Origin: Octopus vulgaris
Taxonomy: Eukaryota
DNA: 64,000 bases
Assembly (NCBI GenBank): GCA_951406725.2
Contig: OX597815.1
Span: 106,950,001 to 107,014,000 of the forward strand
Direction of reading: 5' to 3'
Positions 1 to 12,677 of the stretch are shown piece by piece. The translations under genes were made by a program, and so were the position numbers. Positions within the stretch are counted from its first letter, which is position 1. Each line of letters opens with the position of its first letter. Below the pieces are notes generated by a model. It was not told where the DNA came from. It did no database searches and worked only from the letters and a program-made list of their open reading frames with translations.

Positions 1-74
1 AGGGAGGCTTTGAACAAAGCGGTCGTCGGCATCTTCACCATCTCGTCTGGCAGCTTGTTCCACGGATCCGCAAC
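1..74 (-). mobile_element. CR1/L2-type LINE 3' fragment (runs off window edge)
   Basis: Minus strand reads VADPWNKLPDEMVKMPTTALFKASL, matching the WNxLPxxxVxxxxxxxFKxxL C-terminal motif of CR1-group ORF2. Confidence 0.6.
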
Positions 75-217
75 ATATATATATGTATGTGTGTGTGTGT
101 GTGTGTCAACTTAAACACACACACACACATCTATATCTGTTTTAAGGTCAAGTTATATATAAAAACAATATACTATTAAGCAGAAGGATTATTCAATACA
201 TTTTAGTAGAGTACATG

Positions 218-223
218 TTTATT
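218..223 (-). promoter_or_regulatory. Candidate polyadenylation signal of the 4TM gene
   Basis: AATAAA on the minus strand about 340 nt downstream of the stop at 565; position only. Confidence 0.3.
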
Positions 224-564
224 AGTTTTTGCAAGGAAAAGGTTAACAGCGTTGTCAAAAATTCGATATTTCTTAGTCACTGGCATCCATTTCTTTGTAA
301 ATGTTAGTACACACACACACTAGCGCGAGCACCACTACATACATACATATATGTACATATGAGTGTACATATATATTTATATACACACACAGACACACAG
401 ACACGCACACACTAACATGTATACGCTCGACGTACATAAATTACGTACTTCCTGTGTGTCTGCGTGTATATATGTGTGCATGTGTATGTGTGAGTGAGTG
501 TAACCATGTGTCCATTATCATTGTTGGTGCTTGTTTCATGTATAAACCGTGTCAAGATAGAGTT

Positions 565-732
565 TTATAAATGACTGACTGTTTCTTCTTTCTGAACTGA
601 TGTCTGGTCAGGGCGGTTTATATCCATTGCAATATTTTCCTGACCATTGGATAAATTTCTTACTTTCTTCTTTTGCGTTTTTGGCTCTTCTTCTTCAGTA
701 CCTTTGCTGAGTTTCAACTCCTCGTTCATTTT
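565..732 (-). CDS. CD20/MS4A-like four-transmembrane protein, exon 6 (terminal, cytoplasmic tail)
   Basis: Acceptor tctttcag|; phase 0; KMNEELKLSKGTEEEEPKTQKKK...EETVSHL* ending TAA at 567-565; joins exon 5 in frame. Confidence 0.85.
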   Translation of the reverse strand, partial: KMNEELKLSKGTEEEEPKTQKKKVRNLSNGQENIAMDINRPDQTSVQKEETVSHL

Positions 733-879
733 CTGAAAGATATTTGGTACCTAATTAGGCGAAATATTGAAATAATGAATAATGATGATGACGTCAACGA
801 TGATGATCACTAAGACGTGATGGCTTTGATGATGTGTTAAAGAAGTTTGATGGCGTGTTAAAGCAAGTTAAAGAAAGCA

Positions 880-1034
880 TGACGGCTTGATAAGAAGCTT
901 GCCTCTAAATCACAGAGTTTCTAGTTCAGTTCCACTGCGTGGAAACATGACCTAGTATCATCTACTAGAGATCTCCCGACCAAAGTCTTGTAAGTAGATT
1001 TGATAGACAGAAAGTGAAAGAAACCGTCATACAC

Positions 1035-1067
<33 letters not shown>

Positions 1068-1633
1068 TGTATGTATGTATGTATGTATGTATGTATGTAT
1101 GTATGTATGTATGTATGTCTCTTCTATTTTTTAGTTACAATAAATCTTCCACTGAGGAGAGAGCCGGTTTCCAACAAAGATACAAGGTTCCACATTTGGA
1201 ACTTGAGAAAAGTTTTGCATTTTTTACTGCTCCACTAACAGATTGCACTTATAATGTACGAATTAGCCGGTCGATTTCTCTTTCTGAAAATCTTAGTTTA
1301 TCCAGATTCTTCTTCGAGCATTTACTAACAAAACCTAGTCCTCCAATTATTATTGGTATGAATGTGAATTCATAATCTGGATATAGAAGCTGGAGGTTTC
1401 AAAGTAGGTGTCCATAGATATCCTCTTTTTCTTTGATTTTCAAAGTGATACAATCTGCAGGGCATCTGACCTCTATGATGGTACATGTATGTATGTATGT
1501 ATGTATGTATGTATGTATGTATGTATGTATGTATGTATGTATGTATGTGTCATGTGCATGTATGTATGTATGTATGTATGTATGTATGTATGTATGTATG
1601 TGTGTATGTATGTATGTATGTGTCATGTGCATG

Positions 1634-1667
<34 letters not shown>

Positions 1668-1960
1668 TGTATGTATGTATGTATGTATGTATGTATGTAT
1701 GTATGCATGCATGTGCATGTGAGAGTGTGTGTATATATATGATGTGTGTGTGTGAGCCTTTGTGCTTGTGCTGGTCCCCCACCATCGCTTGACGGGTGTT
1801 GGCTTGTTTACGTTCCCGTAACTTAGCATTTAGGCCAAAGCAGAACCGATAGAATAAGCACCATTAGTGCTAGGGTCGATTTGTTCGACTAAATGGTTCA
1901 AGGTGGTGTTCCAGCATTGCCGCAGTCTATTGACTGAAACAAGTAAAAGATAAAAGATAA
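880..1960 (+). mobile_element. tRNA-derived SINE family B, split by (TATG)n tracts and a nested RLE retrotransposon fragment
   Basis: Head 880-1030 and tail 1750-1960 (ending gactgaaacaagtaaaaga) match the copies at 5652-6070 and 21625-22035. Confidence 0.7.
1118..1484 (-). mobile_element. RLE-type (R4/Dong-like) non-LTR retrotransposon, 5'-truncated 3' end within (CATA)n
   Basis: Reads CTIIEVRCPAD..KIKEKEDIYGHLL*NLQLLYPDYEFTFIPIIIGGLG, an RLE C-terminal region; (TATG)n flanks both sides. Confidence 0.8.
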
Positions 1961-2670
1961 TACATAGGAACTCATTTGTTCGGGTTTCAAGAGAGATATT
2001 GAACGTCTAAATCCCTAACAAATATGTGAATTATATTGATTGGTACATATAACAATGCCAATAACAACAGAAGGCAATAATGTCGAGTATATAGTTTCGA
2101 ATAGCTCAGAGATTTATGTATAACGTCCACCACGAGAATGTTATCAAATATAAAAGTATTCATAATTTGGATGCTAAACAGGAAATTCAAGCAGAAAAAT
2201 GTTGCCCCTCAAGTTAAATGATTAGAACTCCACCAATTCTTCATTGAGTACCTTTTGAAATGTTATTGTCTCTGACTCTCTGGTCAGTTTGAGTAAATGG
2301 TTGTTCTGGTCAAAACATTTAACTATATCTGGTGGTAAGAGTCCAGCCCAGGAGTCCAAGAGATTTGGGGAGTGTAGAGTTACATGCATACATACATATG
2401 CATATGTGTGAATAAAACGTTTTTTGCAGGATACAGAATTGTATATGCGTGTGTGAGTGCGGGTGTATGTATGTGCATGTATGTATGCCTTTGAGTTCGT
2501 ATATGTGTATGTGCGCGTGTGTCGGATGGACCGCATCCATTATTTTAATTAAAAACTCACCAAATCATAACAATCATTAATTTATAATTTCCCTAACCAT
2601 CTTATAAAATGAAATCAAGTAATGAATATTTCATCACAAAACATAAATGAAATGTAGAAAAATATCTTAC

Positions 2671-2800
2671 GTAGACTTTTCTATAAGCGAAAATTGAGAA
2701 GACTGTACTTAAACCACACAAACAGGCACTTCCTATTAAAGTAGTCAGACATATGATCATAAGTGAATACTTATGACACTCTCCAAAGCTGGGGTAAGGC
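2671..2800 (-). CDS. CD20/MS4A-like four-transmembrane protein, exon 5 (extracellular loop Cys + TM4)
   Basis: Acceptor ttttgtctttaacag|, donor |gtaaga; 130 nt, phase 2->0; (K)PYPSFGECHKYSLMIICLTTLIGSACLCGLSTVFSIFAYRKVY. Confidence 0.88.
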
Positions 2801-4254
2801 CTGTTAAAGACAAAAGCGGTAAATGTCATAATTTTTTTTGGAAGTGTGTTGTGTCGATTTCGATTTATAGCTTTGCATATTAGTATCTTAGTCCTATAGT
2901 AACATTCGTGTTATAATGAGGTTTGGACAAAAGATTTAATTTAAATACGGAAACTTAAATATGGATGATTTCAGATTGGTTGCTGTTAAAAGATGATTCC
3001 TCCATAATTTTGACAAGCTGGATGTCAGTTAGGAGTGATATATCTAACATACATCTATAAACTGATAACATACATATTCGTATCTGTATTTACTGATAAA
3101 CTTGCATCTTAAGATAACTGAAACATACTATTCAGTCGTTTGTCTCACTTGTTTCCTGAAATAATATTTTATTTTCAATTATTTTCTGTTACTATTTGAT
3201 ATAGGCGAAATTTTTACTTCTTTATTTGGGGTTCTTTTATCCGTTGCTTTTCTTTAATTTATTTCATGGTAGTATTTCTTCAGAAAAATATTACATAGAA
3301 ATGCTCCGTAAAATCCTTTCCTCCGGCCATCGTCCTTAGTTAATTCTTCTCTACATGTATATGAAATTATTGTTAACAGTAAAGTACGGTGAAACATCTG
3401 TTCCCTTTTGTTTCTTTTTTTACTCACTGTTTACAGAAGGGGGCAGGATGGACGGCACCAATATTAATCCATTGACTCACAATATTAAATATGTTAGCAC
3501 TGCTCCTATTGTTTACTTTTCCTGCAGAGCATGGAGTGTTCTTGGCTATTTTCCCTTAGTCCTTAGATACAGTGTCACGACGAAATAAATACTATGCGAC
3601 GGTTGATTTCACTCCTCAGAGTTTAAACCCTAATGTTGTCGACTTTATTTTCATCGTTCTGAAGTTGATAAAATAATCCTTGCAAATAATTGGAGCATAT
3701 TCGATCGATTAAATGCTCTCCCTCACAAAAGTATTGTTTTTAGAGTAAAACAATATTTGTGGAGTTTCAGGATACCGAATATATAATGTAAAACAGTTAT
3801 TAAACAAAGCCGATCTCTTTTTGAAACGTGGTGAGTTTTATGTCATCTGAGGCCATAATGGTTTATCATTTGTTGTTTTATGGTTAGTTAATTGTGTTAA
3901 ATCCCATAAAATACAGCATAGACATCCATAAAGAAATGCCGTTCAGTTTATTTCTTAACCAACCTTTCAAACAATGAATTGTTTATATACTCCTGATTAC
4001 ATTACATAACTATTTTGAAAAGAATTACAATGAATTTCTATTCTTCTAAGCATATATCTTTTTCGCTGTAAAACAGTTTCCCAAACCACCTACGACATCA
4101 CGTGTTACTGAAATATCGCTCTTATTTGGGTGACAATGTTGAATACTTAGGAAGAGCAGCCTCAAATAATGTGTATGAACAGTGTAATTAGGAATGTCAC
4201 TGGATAAAAAAACAAACAATATAAATCAACACAAACAATTGAATGCATACTTAC

Positions 4255-4349
4255 TTGCAGCTGGTTTGATAAATTACCATGACAGAATAATATGTCGAAA
4301 AGCAACCCAGAACAAAAGACACTGCAGAAACTCCAATATGGCTTGTTAA
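4255..4349 (-). CDS. CD20/MS4A-like four-transmembrane protein, exon 4 (TM3)
   Basis: Acceptor aatcag|, donor |gtaagt; 95 nt, phase 0->2; LTSHIGVSAVSFVLGCFSTYYSVMVIYQTSC. Confidence 0.85.
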
Positions 4350-5219
4350 CTGATTCATTCCAATAAAAATTAAAAAAATAAAATATTTTTTTAAATAAAT
4401 GCTTTAAATTGTTGAAGTTTGTAAAATATTCAACATGTTTGTTGAGCTATAGAAACTGATACCATGATAGAAATCATAAATTCTATACGAATCAAATGGG
4501 GTCATATTTCTTATATGTAGGGGCAAGCAGCTCCGTCCGTGCGATAAAAGAATAAGTATTTATACTTATATAATTCACACACATAAATACACTTATACAT
4601 ACACACACCTGCTTACCGATCTGGAACCGCCATACTTCGATGTGGTAGCCATTAAAGAGACTACAATTTCTAGAATGCACACATTCGCACTTTTATTTGA
4701 TTACAATGACGATTACATACGTTTTAGCCTGCTTAGACCGAACAGCATAGTATTAATTTTCGGAATGGTTTAGTTCTCGAGTAAGAGACAAACATTCTGG
4801 ATTTAATTAGTAAGTCGATGCTCCTCTACAGGAAAAGAAATATTAAGGTTCTACTGAGATTGAGTGACCACACATTATTTAAAAAATATCTAGAAACACT
4901 GTGGGCAACGTCCTACTCGTCAGTATTATTGAGCAATTACATTTGGCATGTTGGATGCACGCTGAACTTGTGTTAGAGTATTCAATAGGCGAGAGAATAT
5001 GACATTTTTGGAAACCTGATCAGGCAGCTTTCTTACAAATACTGGATGTCGTGAATATGCCAATATGAACTTGAATAAAAGCCCCGGTTCATCCAGATTG
5101 TATCTAAAGTACTTATTAGCTCAACGGTTAAGGAGCGTGTGGCCAAAATTTCGGCTTTTCCTTCTTACAGACTTGCTATACAAAGATTCGTGCATATATA
5201 TACATCGTATATGTATATA

Positions 5220-5630
5220 TATAATTTACAGGAAAACAAAAGACGAAAACAAGTGAAGGGACAACAAGCGGTGTATTAGTTTAACGCTTGGGGAAAATGG
5301 AAAAGTCTTTTATGTTTCGAGCCTACGCTCTTCGACAGAAAGGAAAAAGAGGAAAAGATGGAGAGAGAATGAAAAATCGGAGAGAGAAAAGCTGTGTAGA
5401 GTTCATATATATATAGTTAATCCAAACATGAAAACACAAAGAGAAAGCACAACGCGAGGACGTGGAACAAGTATAGTGTTATTGGACGCTCAGGAAAGGA
5501 AATAAAAGAAGGAGGATTTAACGTTTCGAGCGAAGCTCTTCGTCTGAAACATAGGAAAAGGAAAGATTCAAGGAAGGGAAGGTGGAGGAAAAACATCGCC
5601 AACGGTACACACGCGGTGACATTTTGAATG
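5220..5630 (-). mobile_element. Two Penelope-like pLTR remnants with minimal hammerhead-like motifs
   Basis: Minus-strand ctgtcgaagagcgtaggctcgaaac (~5314-5338) and cagacgaagagcttcgctcgaaac (~5523-5546); the first closely resembles the PLE end at 42160-42340. Confidence 0.55.
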
Positions 5631-5651
5631 TGTGTATATATATATATATAT

Positions 5652-6070
5652 ACTCTTTTACTCTTTTTACTCTTTTACTTGTTTCAGTCATTTGACTGCG
5701 GCCATGCTGGAGCACCGCTTTTAGTCAAGCAAATCGGCCCCGTGACTTATTCTTTGTAAGCCCAGTACTTATTCTATCGGTCTCTTTTGCCGAACCGCTA
5801 AGTGACGGGGACGTAAACACACCAGCATCGGTTGTCAAGCAACGCTGGGGGACAAACACAGACACACAAACATATACACACACACATATATATATACATA
5901 TATACGACAGGCTTCTTTCAGTTTCCGTCTACCAAATCCACTCACAAGGCATTGGTCGGCCCGGGGCTATAGCAGAAGACACTTGCCCAAGATACCACGC
6001 AGTGGGAGTGAACCCGGAACCATGTGGTTGGTTAGCAAGCTACTTACCACACAGCCACTCCTGCGCCTAT
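5652..6070 (-). mobile_element. tRNA-derived SINE family B, full length
   Basis: tRNA-like head (ggagtggctgtgtggtaag...ggttcactccc), internal microsatellite, tail (gtaaaaga)n; near-identical to 21625-22035. Confidence 0.85.
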
Positions 6071-6073
6071 GGA

Positions 6074-7301
6074 CACAGACATAACAGAAGTAAATAGACA
6101 CCCTTATAATCGTTAAAATTTATTTAAATCTGAAATTATATATTCAAATTATTCATTAAGTGTTATAATGTGAATATTTAATATTTAGTAGACATGCCCC
6201 TTGCATTTTTCATTGGAAGGACCCTGTTAGGCATGTTAATGACCAGATGACGAATATTCTCTGGAGGAATTTCTTGCCAAGTTTCATGCTATAATCTCAA
6301 AAGATCTGGCTTTAAAGATGCTTTCTTGTCCTTTTTATGAAGCTTCCTGTCCATTATGTCCCAGAGGTGTTCAATAGGGTTAATATCTGGTGATTGGCTT
6401 GGCCATGGAAGATTTTTAATGCCATTCTCATCAAACAATTCTTGGGTCATTTTAGCCGTATGACAAGGAGCCCCATCTTCCATAAATAGTCTTCTTTAAT
6501 CATTTCACCACTGGAGAAGATTAGGAGTCCTTTCTGCCACATGGACATATATTTATTTGAGTTTATGTTTCCCTCACACTCCATCAGCTCTGATTGACCA
6601 CTGCTCCAAATCGCTCCCCAGACCAACACATAATAGCTGCCATGGTTCATTGTTGGCTGCAACCTTTTCACGTCAAATTCTTGATCACAGTTCCACACTA
6701 ACCCACACTCGTTCACTGTCAGAAAATACAACAAATTTGAACTCATTGGAGAATATGACAGTGTCTCAAAATGCTAGTGGCCTCTCCATCATCTCACTGG
6801 TCCAATCTTTTCTCTGCTTGATATTGGCTGGTCAAAGAGGTGGCTTCCTTCTTGCTGCTCTGCCATAGTAACCAAGTTTGTGGAGATAAGTGACAGCTGT
6901 TCTGGGACTGACATCAACGTGTTCTGTTATGTCAGAGGCCTTGCAACGAGGATTATCCTCCACACTTCTCTTAACAAAGAGGAGGGCTCTGGTCAACTTG
7001 AGCGAGGTGATGTGGACTCCTTCTTCTCTCTTGTGAATTGCACAGTCGCTCTATTAACTGTAGAAAGCGGGATCCCAAGGTTTTCTGCGATTTTACTATG
7101 TCCACCTTCAGATTGACCTAGAGTATGGCCTCTTTGAAATTCAGACTGTTCCAAGGCTTCTTTTGTACATTGCATTATTAAACAGTCACATGAAGAACCT
7201 GAAGCAAAAATGTCAATTGATAAAAAATATAAAACTTTCAAGTTAGAATAAACATAAAACGATGTTTTATGGGGTGTCTATTTACTTCTGTCATGTGTAT
7301 G
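6074..7301 (-). mobile_element. Tc1-like DNA transposon with decayed transposase
   Basis: TIRs cat(a/g)acagaagtaaatagacaccc at both ends. Frameshifted ORFs give the HTH ([12 protein letters not shown]), VLVWGAI, DGAPCH and WPSQSPDINPIEHLWD (DDE) motifs. Confidence 0.9.
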
Positions 7302-7308
7302 TGTGTGT

Positions 7309-7373
<65 letters not shown>

Positions 7374-7393
7374 TGTCTGTCTGTGTGTGTGTC

Positions 7394-7429
<36 letters not shown>

Positions 7430-8257
7430 AATTAATCAATATTAGGGTAGCAAAAAATTCAATAGAAATTATTTTGCCACCAGCGGTCTAGTGAGAAAGA
7501 GGAAATAGTCAGAGACTATTAATAAATTCAACAACAATTGAGGAACGGCTATAATAGGCCGTTCGACCCACTAGAAATAGCAGCTAGGGCTCCAACCGCA
7601 AATAGTAGTAATTTCGAAATCAGAGGAAAAATTAAAAAAAACATTTACCCTGTTCTTCTTTAGACAATGCATTGTTTCAGCGTTTTTTAATGGTAAACCA
7701 GCCTGATTATATATATATATACATTTATATATGTGAACGAGTGTATAATTAGGGCATATATGTAGAGAGAGTGAGGGGAAGAAGCAAAAAGACAGCAGAC
7801 GGACAGGCAGGTAGAGATGCTTTATAGACAAGTGTTTATCAGCGGGGAGAGAGAGAGAGAAAGAGAGAGGGGAGAAAGAGAGAGGAGAGAGCAGGAGAAA
7901 GAGAGAAAGAAAGAGAGAGGAGAGAAGGAGAGAAAGAGAGAGTGGGAGAGCATACGATAGAGGCAGAAAGACAAGCAAATAGAGAGACAGATAGAACTTT
8001 TGCTTCACGCTGATTATAAAGGAGCAAATTCTAAGATGTATAACCTCTATGGACAGTTAATCTAAAATAAGAATTCTGACTCGCTATATTATGATGTTGA
8101 ATACAATAGTCATCACGTCTTCTCGTCTGCTTTAATTAAAGCACACAAAAAAAAAACACCCTGGAAATCACTCGTGAGAGGAATTTTAATTACTAATCAG
8201 AAACTAAGAAACTTATGAAAATAATGAATTCCTTCCCGTCTTTCTTTCTGTTCAGTC

Positions 8258-8646
<389 letters not shown>

Positions 8647-8981
8647 AAACAATCTTTCACTCGCCACCATGCTTCAATTACTCGCTGCTAAATTCTTTCG
8701 CTCCTCCACCTAAACCTATTCGGCCCAACTGCCTCTCTTACCCTCTATTTCTGACGTCGTCCATTCTTTCATCATCAAAATCACGATGTTTTCTCCGTAA
8801 CCACTGAACTTCAAATATTCACGCACTGGCCTTTAACAAGGGCCTGAAAAACTAAGAGCTTTCTCTCCCCCATCCAATCGAATTAAACACTTGTTCCTAT
8901 TTAACAACACATTTCATATTGGTATTGCTTTCTAACATTTTATTTAAAATAATCAAAAGAAAAAAGAACAGGCCGACTTAC

Positions 8982-9038
8982 CGTTAGAACTCGCTGCTTG
9001 TAAGCTAATATGAGTCCTGTAATTCCTGGAGATACGAA
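8982..9038 (-). CDS. CD20/MS4A-like four-transmembrane protein, exon 3 (TM2 second half)
   Basis: Acceptor ttttgattttag|, donor |gtaagt; 57 nt, phase 0->0; FVSPGITGLILAYKQRVLT resembles the MS4A FIISGxLxI segment. Confidence 0.88.
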
Positions 9039-9131
9039 CTAAAATCAAAACAAAAACAAAGAAGCGGAAAGATATAATTACTTTATTGTTGTGTGTGTTT
9101 CAGGAAGAGATTTGCAATAATTTACTTGAAC

Positions 9132-9345
9132 TAAGGCGGCGAGTTGGCAGAATCGGTTGCACACCAGGAAAAATGCTTAGCAGCATTTCGTCCCTCTTTA
9201 CGTTCTGAGCCTAAATGCCGTCATGGTCAACTTTGTCTTTCATCCTTTCGGAGTCAATAAAATAAGTACCAGTTGAACACTGGTGTCGATGTAATTAACT
9301 TACCCCTTCCACGAAATGGCTGGTCTTGTGCCAAAAGCTTGAAAT
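9132..9345 (+). mobile_element. tRNA-derived SINE family A
   Basis: taaggcggcgagttggcagaatc head and actttgtctttcatcctttcgg body shared with many copies in the window. Confidence 0.8.
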
Positions 9346-9859
9346 CAATATTTTTCTTGAACGTGTGGAAAGCTGATTAGTTTCACCTACTACAAAAGGA
9401 GCGATTTGACTAACCAGTAAGAGGAGTCTGGACATTTTGAATTCAAGTTTTAATACGGATGAATCTAAAAGATAACACAAATTTTGTGCTAATTTAAGAA
9501 ATGCACTATGTCACAATTCGAGGGTGAGGAATTCTTTGAGACTGCAGGGGATTTGCTGGATGAGGTGACAGTTCAATTTTAAAAATAGGATGACAACAGC
9601 TAAAGTTGTATACCCGAAATAGTGAGCTGAAATGCATATATATTCAAATATAACCAAAACGGTTAAATATAATATGAAAGTAATTTGCGTGCGAAATCTA
9701 AAGCTTTAATTGGCAGGAATTTATGCATCGAAAGGTAAAAATTATATCATATTGAGCTTACTTAGTGTGAAACTTACATTACCCTTAAACCATAACATTA
9801 CTGAGATGCAATTATCCAGTGTTGTAGAATGATATTCTTTCTAGTTTTTATATCTCTGT

Positions 9860-10280
9860 AAGGTGACTAGCTAGCAGAATCAGTAGCACGCCGGGCAAAC
9901 TGCTTCACATTTTGAGCTCAAAACTTCCGCCGAGGTCGACTTTGCCTTTCATCCTTTCGGGGGTTGATAAATTAAGTGCTAGTTAAGCACTATCAAATCG
10001 ACTTACACTCTCCACCGAAATTGCTGACCTTGTGCCAAAATTTGAAACCGATACTATGTCAGGCGGCAAGCTGGGAGAATCGTGAGTACGCCGGACAAAA
10101 TGCTTTGTGGCAATTCTTCCAGCTTTCCGCTCTGTGTTCAAATTCCGCCGAGGTCGACTTTACTTTCCATTCTTTCGGTTTTGATGAAATAAGTACCAGT
10201 TGATCACTGGAATCGATGAAAACAATTTATTTCCTCCCCAAAAATTTCAGGTCTTGTGCCTATAACAAAAAGAAGATTAA
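9860..10280 (+). mobile_element. Two adjacent SINE family A copies
   Basis: Two ttccgccgaggtcgacttt cores at ~9925 and ~10143. Confidence 0.75.
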
Positions 10281-10399
10281 TATGTCTGAGGATTTTCTTA
10301 ATGTCTGGTTCTGTCAGCCTACAACTGGGCCTATTCTTGAAGTCTTCCTTGTGACTTTCAATGTTATGAACGCTTCGCATTTATCTAGGCACTCTCTAC

Positions 10400-10632
10400 A
10401 GCAGTAGCACACTGGTATACCACGAGACGATGCTAGGTGTGCCGCAGTGTAACCTGAGTATAATTTTCCCCCTATAATTTTAGTTATATTTTTAGTTCAG
10501 GTGTGCCGCCGAATTTTGAAAAGAATATAAGCGTATCGCAAGTGATAAAAGGTTGCGGCGCACTGGACTAGAACGGTAACATTGGATTAAGTAATAGTTA
10601 ATGCAAATGTAAAAGGTTGCGGAGCACTGCTC
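10400..10632. mobile_element. hAT/Charlie-like non-autonomous remnant
   Basis: gtgtgccgc subterminal motifs and two copies of an aaaggttgcggxgcactg terminus; no left TIR identified. Confidence 0.35.
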
Positions 10633-10952
10633 TAAAGTTGCATGATCCCTGAACCATGCATTTTTGCTCCCTTATGGTCTCATTTTTCTCGTGATTTCCC
10701 GTCTTCTCCGAGAATACATTGTGAATTTCAGTCAGGTCTAGAGATCCCTATAAATAACATGATCTGAAGCACTCTGACCCTAGGTAGGCTTCACTTTTTG
10801 CATGAAAAAAATGATAGCCTGCATATTTAAGGTTGCGTCATACTCATTGGAATATGCATAAAGAAAAAAAAACCCTAAAATCCGAAATGCATTTGGCGCT
10901 CTCGCTTGCCGCTGCAGGGATAAATTGTGTCTGTTTTTGTCTCTGTCTGCCC

Positions 10953-11029
<77 letters not shown>

Positions 11030-11224
11030 TTTCTCGTAATCTCTCCCCCCCTCTCCATCTCTCTGATATTGTGGTTTTAACATAGCAAGTCCATAAGAAA
11101 TATATCAGAATAGATACTGCAGTAACTGGTCTATCACCATTGTGTGTGCATTAAGTATTTACACATAGAAGCTTATTTTAATTAAACACTGCTGCAATTG
11201 AGTATACCATATATATATACACAT

Positions 11225-11900
<676 letters not shown>

Positions 11901-12423
11901 GTATGTATGTATGTATGTATGTATGTATGTATGTATGTATGTATGTATGTATGTATGTATGTATGTATGTATGTACGTACGTACGTACGTACATATGTAT
12001 GTATCAGTGTACATATATGTCTGTACGTACACATTGCCTTAACTAACAAGAGAAAAAGTACACTGCACATATTTTGGAGAGTATAGTTATATTCATTTGA
12101 AAATTTCACCGTTTGACTTTTAATATTTATTATAAACGATATTTTCCCAAATAGTTCTATAATACGTAATTCCAGCTAATTTCTATTTGTATTCTCCAGC
12201 TAATTTAGCTCACATTCAGTCTCATATATATGATTGTCTGTCTGTTTGTGTGTGTGTGTGTGCGCATGTGTGTGTGTATAATATGAATACATAAACGCAC
12301 AAGCATAGACACACACATGCACACATGTATGTGTCTACTCATTTTGATTACCTAATCGAAATGAAGTAATATTTCATCATTGCCATAGAGAAAGAATTAA
12401 GAAAAAATATTAACATTACTTAC

Positions 12424-12509
12424 TAAAAGGCCAGCTACCCAGTGGGCTCCAATTTCCGGTTCCTTTCGATAATAAGACAACTGTGCAATCAATATTGCAG
12501 ATACAGCAC
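12424..12509 (-). CDS. CD20/MS4A-like four-transmembrane protein, exon 2 (TM1 end, loop, TM2 start)
   Basis: Acceptor ttttgtcttccgaag|, donor |gtaagt; 86 nt, phase 1->0; (G)AVSAILIAQLSYYRKEPEIGAHWVAGLL. Confidence 0.88.
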
Positions 12510-12544
12510 CTTCGGAAGACAAAATAAGATAGATAGATAGATAA

Positions 12545-12607
<63 letters not shown>

Positions 12608-12645
12608 CATACATACATACATACATACATACATACATACATACA

Positions 12646-12677
<32 letters not shown>

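Noticed and set aside
1014-1829. MYVC/HTYI, YIYI, LSIY, ERER, poly-N/K/L/Y ORFs here and throughout the window
   Set aside because: Translations of stop-free microsatellites; no splice or homology support.
2801-2910. Upstream extension TKILICKAIN... resembling an Ig C-x-A-x-N motif
   Set aside because: The acceptor at 2801 has a much better pyrimidine tract and yields a compact MS4A-like loop; the extension is treated as intronic.
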